DNA of 64,000 nucleotides, taken from the NCBI GenBank assembly GCA_040437565.1, contig JBDOQK010000053.1, positions 186,001-250,000 of the forward strand, given 5' to 3'. Of this stretch, positions 11,463 to 24,256 are shown one piece after another. Within the stretch, counting starts at the first letter, position 1, and every line of letters begins with the position of its first letter. A program made the position numbers and the translations under genes. A model generated the notes under the pieces. The model made no database searches and was not told where the DNA came from. It worked only from the letters and a program-made list of their open reading frames with translations. This DNA comes from Albugo candida. Its lineage: Eukaryota.

Positions 11463-11587
11463 TTTGTGCGTAAAATGACTGGATGCTTGTAACTTGGTAT
11501 CATGTCGACGATAACGTGTTATATGACATCATTAAAGTATCCAGAATTCATACAAATATCGTCGATTTTTTCTCCGTTTCTTGCAAA

Positions 11588-14532
11588 ATGTTTGAGAAGA
11601 ATTTGCAAGATCTAGTCAAAGGGATTCGTTCGACAAAACTCGATATCAATATCTACATATCCCAATGCATCCAATCGATAAAAACAGAGCTCAAATCCAC
11701 CGATCCGTTCATCAAGTCGCAAGCCATTCGCAAATTAACTTATCTGAATATGTTGGGTTACGATATGGCATGGGCTTCTTTTTACATCGTCGAAGTCATG
11801 AGTTACGAGCGATTTAGTCACAAACGAATTGGGTACACTGCTGCATGTCAAAGCTTTCGTCAGGATACCGAAGTTGTGTTACTTTGCACAAATTTGCTAA
11901 AAAAAGAGCTCAAAAGCAGGAACGAGTACGAAATTGGTTTAGCGATTAACGCGATCTCCAATATCGTTACAAACGATTTGGCTCGGGATCTTTTATCAGA
12001 TATAATCGAATTGATGTACTCGCCTCATTGTTATGTGCGTAAGAAAGCGACGCTCGTTCTGTACAAATTGTATCTTCGATACCCACAGGGACTTCGACTG
12101 ACATTCGATCAGCTGAAGAAACAGATTGAGGATACAGAAATATCAGTTATTTCGTGCGCTGTGAATGTTATCTGCGAATTAGCAAACAAAAAGCCCAAAA
12201 ATTACTTGGGATTAGTGCCCGTCTTTTTCCAACTATTGACATCCTGCTCCAATAATTGGATGTTGATCAAAGTAGTCAAATTACTGGCATCGTTAGTGCC
12301 TGAAGAACCACGACTTGCGAGGAAACTACTCGATCCATTAGCCACGATAATCCAGAATACTCCAGCCAAATCGTTGCTCTATGAGTGCATCCATACTGTG
12401 ACTGTGGCTCTTTTGTATACCAAGAAACAAGATGGAGGACAGCCTCGTAATGTAGTTGCGATTGTGAAGCTGTGTAATGATCATTTGAGAAGATATATTG
12501 AAGATCAGGATCAGAATTTGCGGTATTTAGGACTTGTGGGTCTGACCAATTTGATGCAATCACATCCGTATGTCATAACAGAGCATCAAGGTATCATCAT
12601 TGAATGCCTGAATGTCGATGATGTGACGATACGAATGCGTGCATTGGAGCTACTAGCAAGGATGATTGATGCATCCAACGCGGTGCACATTATCAAAGAG
12701 TTGTTGCGTCAGACATTTATAGCCGATGGAATGTATCGTCACGAACTGATCACTCGGATTTTGTACGTTTGTGGTGCCAACAAATATGAAAATATCCATG
12801 ATTTTGAGTGGTATATCGATGTTTTGGTTCAATTAGCTCGGATTCCGAGCACATTTTCTCAGACCGTCGATATGAATGTGCAAAGTGGGAGGGATGCACG
12901 ATATGATCGAGCAAGTGACAAGCCAAGTAAAAGTGTGGGTGCTGGTACGTATGAAGATATCAAGCAACGCTCTCATGGTTTCGAAGTTGCTCGACAGCTC
13001 ATCGATATTGCTGTACGTGTGGTCAGCGTGCGAAATGTGATAGTGGAAAATATGATCGCACTATTATTGGAAAATCAAGCTTGTACGGGTCCCAATGTCA
13101 GCACACTTTGCGAGGTGTATTTTGCAGCAGCTTGGATTACTGGCGAGTATCTGATGGAATATCTCGAAGAAAATGAACATGATGACGTCGAGGATGAAAG
13201 TGACGATGAGACAGAAACAGTTGATGAGAAACTGCATAAGATATACGACCTGGCCGAGGAATTCCTACGATCCAAAACAACCGATCTACCGTCCAATGTA
13301 CAGAGTGTGTACCTGCAAACCTTGCTGAAATTCGTGATGGCTTTTACAGAGCACGCGGAACAACAGGAGACCGAGCGATTGGCTGCTCTCATACTCAAAA
13401 GAATTTCTCCGTTTCTGAGCAGCGAGCACATTGAGGTACAAGAACGTGCAGTATGCTTACAGCAAATTCTCTTCTCTTTCGGTATGGGTTTGGAAGCTAT
13501 TTCTCCTGAAGCACGAGCTTCCTTTGTATTCGATCGAAAGGGAATCCTTCCAGACTCTTCGAAACGAGCACAGCTTTTGGCTTCTTTCTTTGCGGAACGA
13601 TTAGCTCCTGTGGGGATGAAGGCTCAACGTAAAGTACCACTTCCTGAAACATTGGATCTCGATCGACCTTTGAATGAGAAAGAAGCTTCCTTTCTGGTGT
13701 CTGGTGGTGATATATCGTATTCTAATGATGATGATTTGGATGTTTCATTTGCTCAGCCGAAAAGCATAAGTATGGAAAGAGAACACAGGCGTCACAACTA
13801 TGCAAAGCCTTGTTCTTCCGATGAGATTTCCAGCTCCGAATCCGAAATTGAAGTCCCCCAAAAAGCTAAGAAATCACAGAAAACTCGCACCAAAGATCCT
13901 TTTTATCTCTCGAGCGCCGTAAGGGAAATGGAGCTCCAAACTTCAACTGAATTTATTGATATGAAACAGGTTTTTAAAAAACATTCAAAGGTCTGTTTGT
14001 ACCTGTTAATGCGTACATTTGATCGATTTTTCTGATTTTGGCTGTGTAGAAATCAAGGAAAGCGAGTCGTGCAGTATTGGAAAATGAGGTTATGCCTGAA
14101 GGAGCTTCTTCGAGTGAAGAAGACCGACCGAATTCAACACGTCGTACAAAGTCATTTTTTGGAGAGCAAGAAACCGATTTGGCAGCTATCGATCTGACTA
14201 TTTCAGCGCTGAAAATGGACGACGGACGTGCTCGTGACACTTTTGCAGCTGAGAAACCCAAAAGAGTCCGAAATCTTAATTTTAGAGAAAGAAAAAAGCG
14301 CGAGAAAAACGACAAGAAAACGAACAAATCGACTGTCAAAGCGCGCATTGTCGACGAGGACCATCATTCTTTGGACAAAAATGCTCAAGTCTTAGAGAAA
14401 AGCAAAGGTAGGAAAAAGAAAGCGAGCAAGTCATCAGGCAAGCGGAAAGAGCCGAAAAGGAGCGCTGGAAATAAGTCGTCTTCTCATCCCACTGCATCTT
14501 CAACGATAGATAATTCCTTATTACTGTTTTGA
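11588..14532 (+). CDS. AP3D1: AP-3 complex subunit delta, 2 exons (intron ~13991-14049)
   Basis: MFEKNLQDLVKGIR, KLTYLNMLGYDMAWASF, HKRIGYTAACQSF, SNNWMLIKVVKL, AKSLLYECI, DQNLRYLGL, HIEVQERA, AQRKVPLPETLDLD, DPFYL, DLAAIDLT. Confidence 0.93.
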
Positions 14533-14553
14533 ACAATTGATTGCCAATTACTA

Positions 14554-14913
14554 TCACTCGTCCTGCTGAATGAATGGATTCGCAATTTCTTCTGTTCCAT
14601 CGACCGGACTGATGAGCATCACAGTCGTTCCGCGACATACCACTAAGCCGATAGAGCGCGTTTTGTCGCTAAGGCGGTAGGAGTCATTTTCCTCTCTCAA
14701 GTATTCGGTACATTCGTCCAACACGAGATTGACGAGTTGATCGTAGCCTTTGAGAGTTCCATGCACTTGACGTCCACCGCGAAATTTCACACAAACTGAA
14801 TGATCAATGTACTTATCCAGATCGAGGATGTTTTCCTTTCTACCAATGGACACTGCTGCGTTATTTCCCCCTGTTTTATGCGCGTTTGGAGCTGCTTGCG
14901 TGTTGGATGCCAT
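14554..14913 (-). CDS. LSM7: U6 snRNA-associated Sm-like protein LSm7
   Basis: RKENILDLDKYID..VKFRGGRQVHGTLKGYDQLVNLVLDE..TRSIGLVVCRGTTVMLISPVDGTEEIANPF. Confidence 0.95.
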   Translation of the reverse strand: MASNTQAAPNAHKTGGNNAAVSIGRKENILDLDKYIDHSVCVKFRGGRQVHGTLKGYDQLVNLVLDECTEYLREENDSYRLSDKTRSIGLVVCRGTTVMLISPVDGTEEIANPFIQQDE

Positions 14914-15004
14914 TGCTGATGCGCTATATTCGTACGGAGATTGGTCAAATATCCATGAGTACCTGTATTTAAACCAATCATGGAGTCAACGATCGATATT
15001 CTAT

Positions 15005-16694
15005 TCAATCTCTGTTTGCATCTTCGTTCCTACGAGCACTATCGGCGAATACGAGCCCTTCTTTCGGGAGATCATTAGATATACCGGATGCAAACTGCAC
15101 CGCCGCTTCATTTTCATGGTTCATTTTCTTGAATTTTACAATTTTGGTGAAAATGAATTCCAGCACGTGTTTTGCATCGGAGCATTCAGGCTCTAATTTT
15201 GGCAAAATTCCTAAAATGTCAGCAGCTTCCTTGATGTAATACTCCAAATCGTCGTCAGAGCATTTGTTTGTTAGCTGAGCCAATCGCAAATGCTGGCTAG
15301 CGAAATGTTCGTCCAAATCGAACTGATCTAATGCTGGAAATGGAAGCTCTCGAAGAATTGGATTGAACACTGCAGGCTTCAATGCTGGGAGAGGCAATTC
15401 AAACTGGCGGTCGTCAGAACGAGCGCAGAAATATTAAATTTTGGTACAACGAGTTGTAAAAAATGAACGATACCTGCGGGGAAATGAGCGATAATGGCTC
15501 TTTTTTGATACCAAGCTCGGAGTAGAGTGATACAGCTTGTGAAATGAGGGACGTATCAAATTTGAAAAGGCTTGAATCAAACAGTTGTGTGAAATCTTTG
15601 GGTAGATCTTCACTTTCTTGCATGCACGATCGAAGTCTCTCACTGAGCGCCTGCGTATCGGGTAAGCGATTATAATCATAGATGTCTGGGTCTTCTGCAT
15701 CGACTGGATCCAATTGAATGGATGCGTCTCCAAGTAACCATCGGAAAATGATCTCCTGGAGCTTACTATTCTCTTCCTTGTCTATCCATTCATCTGTAAA
15801 GCACTGACCAGATCCCATTACCATCAGGCGGCCAGATTGTACTGCTGAACTCGGGGCCGATACACTCCCTTCTTGCCATACAGCTGCAATTGCACGGTTT
15901 ACTGGAAATGAAATAAAGCCTGTAGATAGAATTGGAGCGGATGGCTTCTTCACGTTTAGTGTCGCACCATAAGGGTACACGAATGTAAGCCCTCTCTGAT
16001 CTCTCTCAAACGTTTGTGGTGGCTTGTTAGGGCCACTTCCACTGGTTTCTGGAGCTACTTCTTTCTTTCCCGACATTACACAAGCCTGCGCACATACAGA
16101 GATTGTACCTAACACGCTTGGATACTGCAATTTACGCGCTGGTTGCTTACCGCTCGAGCTATTTCCCTGTTTATCACTCCGTTTGAGATCAAAACCTCTT
16201 TCGGATGATGATATTTATGATACACAGTGCGTATGACAGAATCCGAATTGATGGAAATGCCATAACTATCAGTAAAGTGGCAGACACATGAGATTCTAAA
16301 GGAATGATTGGGAACAAATTGCTCACTCTTTAAGCCAAATATTGAGATTTGTGTCGAATTTCTGCTCTCCGCCTTCCCCCAGCATCAATAAGACACTTCC
16401 ACCAGAGTGTATGTACTCCTTAAGTGTCGAGAATTCTGTCGAACTGAAGCGCTCGCGGATACCGGCAAACACAATTACAGTCGCATGCTGAATTCGATCG
16501 CTGCTGAGATCCGTTTTGTTTGTTTCGATCTTACACGTTGATCGCAATTGACGTGCAAGTTTTTTGTATCCACTTGACGGGTGAAATAATTCTTTCTTTG
16601 AAGCATCGAATAGAATCAAATTTGGTGCTCTGACTGTGTCCAAAATTTGAGATGTCTCGCGCTGTGTGGTAGACCGACTTTGACGATCATTCAT
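15005..16694 (-). CDS. IFT52: Intraflagellar transport protein 52, 3 exons
   Basis: ILFDASKKELF..GYKKL..GGSVLLMLGEGGE, FVYPYGATLNVKKPS..LSTG..FPVNR, PLSLISPQFELPLPALKPAVFNP..ELPFPALDQFDLDEHFAS..RLAQLTNKC. Confidence 0.93.
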
Positions 16695-17176
16695 AGATTC
16701 TACAGTGCCAATTTGTTTCCTTACTGGTAATCACAGCAACAAACAAGAGTCTTGAATGATTAATTTCAAGATAATTACGCAAATCGTCTTCCCGATCTTG
16801 AAGAGGCGTACACGATAGCAATCATAAATTTACTAAAGCGAGCACTAAGCGCTCTGACGCCTTCGAATATTATACGTCGGTAGCACTCATATGCTCTGAC
16901 GCATCCGTGTGGCCCAATGGAGCTTAGCAGTGTGATACCTCACCCGACACTGAAACAAATGCGATTTCTTGAAGAATCATTGGCGCTGTCGCCGACAAAG
17001 GGGTCAGAAGCTATAGGAAGTAGTAAATGCGGCGCTGTAGTGTCAAAGTAAGAAATCAGACATGTCAGACGGCTTTTCAAGACGATGAGAATTGAAATCA
17101 ACATGCAAAAATGAACTTTTTATGATATGGGGTTTTCAAGTAGAGTATCAAAAACGTGCATGTGCTTCAAAATGGG

Positions 17177-17773
17177 TCATAGAGTAGCTCCTGGACCAGT
17201 ATATGTCTTGGGGGTGAGAGTCTCTAGATAGGCATTCGTTGGACGAGCATTTCCTTCCATTGTGTCTCTCTCTGCTTCAGCTGACAGCCAGTCATTATAT
17301 CCCTTATAGCTCGTCCAAGTGGAGCCACCAAAGGAAAAGAATAGGAAAAATACCAATGCAACAGCACCTTTGATAACGCCACATCGAATAAATCCTTCAT
17401 AATCATCGCAATGACTCACGTACGACGAGGAGGCGAGAGTGATACCAGTGATGAGATAAATGAATGTCATTGCGCCATCGGTGTATACCGTATACTTTGG
17501 TGCGATCGGATTAGGACGTCGAGAGATTTCCACGAATGTGAGATACCATGAGCTCGAGATTAATGACGTGTACAGTAATACAACGGCGAAACCAGAGGTA
17601 CTGCTTCCCAATGAAGCTTTTTGGTTGCTGTTGCCGAGTGTTTGCGATGGGAATGATGCAGCCAATAGCAAAATGGCTACCATGCTGAGTATGGCTTGAG
17701 ATCCACGTAAGACGATTCGTGCAGGAGAAAGTGAGTCACTTTCATCGGAACCGCGGCCTAATATCTCAAACAT
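17177..17773 (-). CDS. MARVEL-like four-TM membrane protein
   Basis: RIVLRGSQAILSMVAILL..., four hydrophobic helices, DGAMTFIYLITGI, and a CxxYEGFIRC loop before the last TM; first ATG at 17773. Confidence 0.65.
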   Translation of the reverse strand: MFEILGRGSDESDSLSPARIVLRGSQAILSMVAILLLAASFPSQTLGNSNQKASLGSSTSGFAVVLLYTSLISSSWYLTFVEISRRPNPIAPKYTVYTDGAMTFIYLITGITLASSSYVSHCDDYEGFIRCGVIKGAVALVFFLFFSFGGSTWTSYKGYNDWLSAEAERDTMEGNARPTNAYLETLTPKTYTGPGATL

Positions 17774-18188
17774 TGTCTTCTTTCTCTTTTGTTTCTGAAC
17801 TGACAAGCTGGCTAATGGCCTCTCTTGGTCCCACTTTTATAGAAAATGACTTCCATAGAGTATGTTCCGTATAGGTTTTGTCGAGTGTAATGCACGTAAG
17901 TATACATGTATACATATTTACGGTCGGGCATCTGGAAACTATAACGCAGTGTAGTATACACGTGCATAGATGGCGTAGATGACCGGCGATCTAATTTCTG
18001 GTCTTGCAGAGGGTCTTATGACTCACTTTATGTAGACTGTGCTCACATAAGTTGCGGGTGTCTTTACCAAATCTGGAAACTCCAAAGGTCGTAAAGGATC
18101 AACTGGCAGTTGTACACGGCAAAACCCGTCCGTAGAATCGGTGGTAACGTGTATACTTGGTAGAATTCTCTCTTTTTGAGTGTGCAAC

Positions 18189-19123
18189 ATGACGGAAATC
18201 AAAGAGAGTCTGATTTTGGAAGAAGAAGAAGAAATCTATTACAACAAACTGATTGAGATATATGGAGAAGACAGTTTGACGGACGATTGTAGAAGGCGGT
18301 TAGTGTACGCTTTCAGGCACGAATGCGATCGAACAAAGCGAATGGAAGTTATCTGTAAGGAAGCCAAGCAAATTTTAGAATGGCGGGCAAAATTCGAAAT
18401 GGACACCATCTTACAGCGTACATTACCCCACAGTGATTTATTTCAAGCTTGCTGGCCTTCGTACTTTTATGGAGAAGACATTGATGGACACGTGATCACT
18501 GTGGATATTTTACAAGATATCAAAGTGGAAATTTTCCAACAGAATTTGACACATTTGGATCAGTTATTAGCTCTTCGAGCGCAATTCATGGAGCGACTTC
18601 AGTGGGAAAAGAATGCGATATCGATACGACGAGGTGTGCGCGTAACTAAACATATATCGCTTGTGGATATTAACGGATTTGGCTTAAAGTATATCTCACC
18701 ATCATTCCTGAGCTATATGAAACCGATATTTGAGATCGGTCAGACGTATTATCCGGAAACTTTGCATTGTATGTACGTTATAAATGTGCCGTATATCTTT
18801 ACCAGTGCGTGGAAATTGATTTCAAGCTTTGTGAGTTCCGAAACAAGCCAGAAAATACATCTACTGGTACGGATGATGATGCTACTGCTACTGCTGTGAC
18901 GTTGATTCATTCCTTCTTCCCTTTCATGTAGAAAAATAAGGAGGAGTTTTTAAAAGTTGCAGAAAGCAATGGAATCGGCGTGGAAGCTATTCCCGTACAA
19001 TTTGGAGGAAGTCACCAAGGCCGAAAAGTAGACGACTCTTTCCAGCCTTCGGTACCCGATACTCCGTTGCCCATTGCGACCCGTCATTCCACATCTTGCG
19101 CAACCGAAACGGTGCAATCATAA
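18189..19123 (+). CDS. Sec14/CRAL-TRIO lipid-binding protein, 2 exons (intron 18867-18931)
   Basis: LEWRAKF, YGEDIDGHVI, ISLVDINGFGL, QTYYPETLHCMYVINVPYIFTSAWKLISSFV..T..KIH, EAIPVQFGG. Confidence 0.9.
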
Positions 19124-19289
19124 GTAATTGCTCAACATGCGCAGAGAGCTAAATATGCGAAGCACCGTTGAGCGGATTGTGGAAAAGACAATAAACTGAG
19201 TGTTACTTGAAAACATAACTCGATCTAAAAAGTATAATTGATGTCATTCCGAGCTTTCAGCGTCACGCAGCCAAACGGTGTATTTTGTG

Positions 19290-20762
19290 TCATCTACGCC
19301 ACATATCCTTCATGATTTTCAAGTCAGCGAAACCATCGTTCAGAATCGCCGTCAGATGTTCTAAACCTTGACGTTGTTTATCCAGAAACTGCGCTCATTA
19401 AAACGACGTTATAATGAGCAGACGAGTCAAAAGCACAAGTACCTGATAAACCCTTTTTAGATCTTCTGGCGATAGCGAAATTGACGTCGAAGATTCCGTC
19501 ATTTTAGTGTGTTGCTTGTGCAAGTGTCGTAAGGCCAAAATTTCCTCTACACGAGCCTTGTATTGCGCAGGAGCATCCAAAACTGCCTGTAGCTTTTGTA
19601 ATGCCACGCTAGATGCATCACACACATGACATTAGTATATGACTGCTACCTCTCGAGATTTTCACTGGCCTTACTGCAATTCGGCCTCTTCCTGCTGTAA
19701 AGGTTTTCCAAGATTCTGTAGAAATTCTAAATCTTTCATCACCTATACATTTGGTATCCAAATAAGACAAAGCGTCATAGAAGTCGAATGCGATAATCCG
19801 CGAACCTTTAAAAGCTTGTGAAACAAAGTCACATGTTGGCGTCGACAATTGTCTAATTTCCCTTCTGTAGCTCGACTTTTCTTCTCCATTAGTTCAACTT
19901 GTGTCGTCAGATCCGTAATATGCTGATTATATTTCCCAGCGTGATCTTGCTGCGCTTTGATTCGTTTCAGCAGATCCTGGAAGCCAATAATTGGGGCTGG
20001 GACGAGATGAATTGGATCAGGATTGTCCATCTCAGCCTGATTCCATAATCTCTCGCTAATGAATGGAGGACGATTGTACATATGCCTTTGGATAGGATCA
20101 ATTGTGTTGTACATAAGAAACTTGAATCGTGACTGGGAATTATCTTGGTAAGCTGCTTTGATTATATTCAATTGAGAAACAGCCGGATCAGCATTCACAA
20201 CAATAGGAGCGTTGCTTGCGTTAGATAGTATAGCGCTGTTCGAATTACTTTGGGCACCAAATCCCGAAAAGCTTCCGGCAAAAGGAGTCGAAGGCGATGG
20301 TTGTCCAAAAATCGACGGCTTTAAAGTCGAAGTAGTGCCCGAATTGAACGTAAACGCAGGCGTTGATGCTGTAGTGCTAGTCGACGATAAAGAAGGAGCA
20401 GAACCGAACTGAAATGAGGTACCCTGAGACTTTGATGCTTCGTTGCTTGTATCACCAAACGTAAAACCCGCGGTACTCGTCGCAGATGGGGCAGCCAATT
20501 GTGTGCCAAACGAAAAACCGCTTTGGCCACTCCCGAATGCATTGTTTGAGTTTGTATTTGACTGTGGGGTCGTACTTCCAAACGAGAATGGCGTGGACGT
20601 TGGTGCTGAAGTGGGGACAGCAGCTGGCGGATTACAGCCAAATTGAAAGGAATTCGAGCCAGAAGATGGAGCTGTGCTTGTAGAAGTTCCAAAATTGAAA
20701 GCGCCAGTTGGAGCAGAGGTCGAAGTGGATCCTTGGAATGATGTCCCGAAAGTGAAGGACAT
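19290..20762 (-). CDS. NUP54: Nucleoporin Nup54 (FG repeats plus alpha/coiled-coil domain), multi-exon
   Basis: Many FxFG repeats; FKFLMYN..RPPFISERLWNQAEMDNPDPIHLVPAPIIGFQDLLKRIKAQ; last exon FLDKQRQGLEHLTAILNDGFADLKIM. Confidence 0.88.
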
Positions 20763-21464
20763 GGTGCAGCAGCGATTCGAGCCGAGAGTGTTTGTATTGC
20801 ACTACCGAGAATATTCGTTTAAGTTCGAATTGTGTGATAATGCGCGAAGAAATTGCAAATCGTTTGTATGCTTTTATCACAAGGACAGAAACGGAAACAC
20901 GCATATTGTTGATGACTAGATATATGATGAACTTTGTGAAGAATCAGCAATAGAATCTTCAGCTAGACAGCGATTAAGTGCAGAGCAGATTTTAAGGACT
21001 TAATATCATGCTGGAAGATTACATCGACTCGGAATCGACATTACTATTGTACGTTGAGTGTGAATATAACAGTGTTCACGTAGGAGTTTATTTGCCGTTT
21101 AACTTTACAATTCAAAATAATTGCATTAAAGACAGACAGATAAGTTGGTATAAAGAAAGCGAGTTAAAGCACCGAATACGTCGTTCGCTATCGCTAGTCA
21201 CTACGAGAGATATAAGCCAATGAGTGAATTCCATNNNNNNNNNNNNNNNNNNNNNNNNNNNNNNNNNNNNNNNNNNNNNNNNNNNNNNNNNNNNNNNNNN
21301 NNNNNNNNNNNNNNNNNNNNNNNNNNNNNNNNNNGTCACTACGAGAGATATAAGCCAATGAGTGAATTCCATACTTTTGCTTTCAACCAATCGTTCGATT
21401 GCCAAATATCCGCTCCAATCGAACAAAAAAGAAATCTCGCGCTCTCGATTTTGCCTCAAGTCAA

Positions 21465-21956
21465 ATGGCGGCAAAAGATGTTGCTACCGCATTCGTGCAG
21501 CACTATTACACGCTTTTTAGTACAAACCGTGCGGAGCTAGCAAATCTTTACGTAAGAAAGCGAACTTCGATGCATTTTTTGCGCTGCGTCTCTAATTCGT
21601 ATTTTGATTTTAACAGCAAGCATCGTCGTTTCTGAGCTGGGAAGGCCAGCTATCGCAAGGCCAAGGAGAGATAATGCAGAAACTACAGCAATTACCGCAA
21701 TTACGCCATAATCCTAGTCCTGATTTTGATGTACAAATGTCGACCTCAAATACTGCCATGATCATTTTTGTGCAGGGAAAAGTTCAGGTAATTATATTTA
21801 TATGCAAACTATTTACAAAACTGGGTATAACGTCATTCATGAAAACAGATTGACGAAAATCCTCAGGTTCAATTCACTCAAGTTTTTCAGCTGGTTGCCA
21901 TCGCCTCAGGACAATATTATATTCACAATGATATATTTCGCCTTCAATATGGATAA
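21465..21956 (+). CDS. NTF2: Nuclear transport factor 2, 3 exons
   Basis: DVATAFVQHYYTLFSTNRAELANLY | SFLSWEG..QG..IMQKL | IDENPQVQFTQVFQL..YYIHNDIFRLQYG*. Confidence 0.93.
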
Positions 21957-22289
21957 AGGCATCTTAGCTCAAGAAATACACTTTTTCTTACGCACACAGA
22001 GTTCTACTATGTGCGGATTACTGAGAAGCACAAATAGCTGTAGGAAGTTTCTGGAAGAAGAAAAACTTGCCCGCAAGCGATGTACCTAGGCGTCGTCTTG
22101 AGTTCCATGGGAATAAATCGATAAGCAAACGCAAAGCATATTTCGCTCTGATGTTTCGGAGGACTTTGGCATCGCGTCAGCACACCACGCTGCCGAGTTT
22201 TGTATCAGCTGCTGGTACCGATCAATTACAACTATTTATTATCGCGTGAAACAGCGAGTGTTGCCCACCACATCGCCAAAAAAGACGTT

Positions 22290-23636
22290 AATCAGACTCG
22301 ATGCAGCTGTTCAAAATTCTTGCATTTATCGAATGAGATGCATCAACAAATTCTGACAGCGCGTGGAATGGTAAAGGATGCTTCAGCGTAACACGTCAGT
22401 GAATCGCCGTCAATTAGGGCTCATCGAGCACCCTATTGCTTCTTCTAACTTCTTTCGGAACGCATATTGTTAACTAATAAGCGCATTAAATATATCATTA
22501 CAGTAATGTGTCATAAATTGCATTAATGTCCTACATAATGTCTTCATTTCTACTCAACAGACGATTCCTTCATAAAGATTCCATTGTCTGGTCATTTTCT
22601 ATCAACTCAATCTTGAATTGGTCAATTCCCATCTAATTTTGCTGATTTATATCCTGGCTTTATCACGACACTAGGAATTACTATAGGAATTGGCGACGAC
22701 GATTTTTCTTGCTAAGAGACTCAACATGATGCTGTTCTTTTTCTTCTCTCGTATTCTTTCGTCTTCGATGCTTAATCCTCGGACTGCTTTGGTTCTCACT
22801 ATCCAATTAACCAACGATGAACACCAGACAANNNNNNNNNNNNNNNNNNNNNNNNNNNNNNNNNNNNNNNNNNNNNNNNNNNNNNNNNNNNNNNNNNNNN
22901 NNNNNNNNNNNNNNNNNNNNNNNNNNNNNNNATTCTAGTATTACCTAGTACTAGCTGTTCAGCGTAATGTGGTGGACATGAATGTGAAGAATACTGTACT
23001 TCATGACATTATCCATTAATTAGAAGCTGGACATTGTCTCTTACTACGTATTTGATCGACACATCGACAGACTTTTGAAACAAGCTTTTATATGTAATCT
23101 ATTAACAAAGCTCGGAACTCGTTCATCGAAAGAATCTTGCGTTTGTAGCCAAAATGTTTCAATATATTGCAAAAAAGTACAATAGCTGCGCTTCTTGAGA
23201 ATAGAATAGCGTTAATTGTTTGCAGCTACCGATTGTCTTACTTGCCGCTACACTCTTCCGATGCTTATTTTGCACATTCTTCAATGTGCTTTACGCCGAT
23301 CTCAAAAAGCTTAAGCGCTTGCGAAAACTGCCAAAAACACATTCTGAATCCGCAATCGTTAAATTTTATGTCTTTATGTGTCCTTGAGCATCGCTATTGT
23401 CAGATAGAGATCTGCTACGGGAACGAATGCATTCGATCAGGTCCAAGATGAAGCTCCAAAATTAAGACCTTGAAAAGCATACATAATGAGTTTATCATTG
23501 CTAGTTTTTAAAGTGTCTACTGAATGACCCCTATCAGTATGTTTCAATCAGCGAAATAGGTGATGTGAAGTACAGAACTAGTAGAGCTCATTTATACTGG
23601 GTCGATGACTTGCTAGATCACCACTTCAGCACCATC
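22290..23636 (+). repeat. Copy A of a diverged direct segmental duplication (partner ~34725-37233); interrupted by a gap
   Basis: Collinear similarity, e.g. ctcaatcttgaattggtc, ggtggacatgaatgtgaagaatactgtacttc, gatctcaaaaagcttaagcgcttgcgaaaactgccaaaa and caccacttcagcaccatc occur in both. Confidence 0.85.
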
Positions 23637-23977
23637 TTACAAGACCTTTTTCAATTGACAGGTTGAGTAATACTAGGATCTTATCGTATTTCGTGACATT
23701 CATAGCATATAGGCAAACATTAGACTAGGTGTGCCAGAATAATTGTGAATTTTTTTGTGTTTTCGTTTCTTTTCTTTTTCTAAAAAGCAAACTGCAATTT
23801 CGCGGGTACTTACTTCTACTTCATATTGAATACAGAAGAGATATAGTCGAAACGCAGCATCTCAACCGCGTTATTCGTACATACTCCTGGAAAGCGTACT
23901 TTACCAAGTACGTAGATGCGATGGCCGTTGGAAACAGGAGGTACGAGCATGCTGTTACATACTTGCACTAGATACTA

Positions 23978-24234
23978 TGTTAGAACATGCGTAGTGCTTA
24001 GCAGGTGACAAATTGAATACTTAAAATATAATTAGGTCCTTGGTACGCAAACTCTCTTGTTACTCTAAGCCTACTGCTTTCTTCGACTATACCTTGATAA
24101 ATTTCCATACCGCGCATCACTAATCGTATAGTCGCGCATTAGAAATCGCCTGGCCGCGCGTCATTAATCCTGCGCCGTTACCAACATGGATCGTGCGATG
24201 GTGTCACTTGACAACAACACATCCTTCTTCAACA
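23978..24234 (-). mobile_element. Copia-family LTR (LTR1)
   Basis: TG...CA termini (TGTTAGAAC...CTTCAACA); ~90% identical by eye to the LTR at 33971-34225, which adjoins gag. Confidence 0.88.
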
Positions 24235-24256
24235 ATTAGATCGTGAATGTTGCTCT

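Noticed and set aside
13921-14532. AP-3 delta seeming to lack a folded ear domain
   Set aside because: C-termini of delta adaptins vary widely outside animals; novelty cannot be claimed without alignment.
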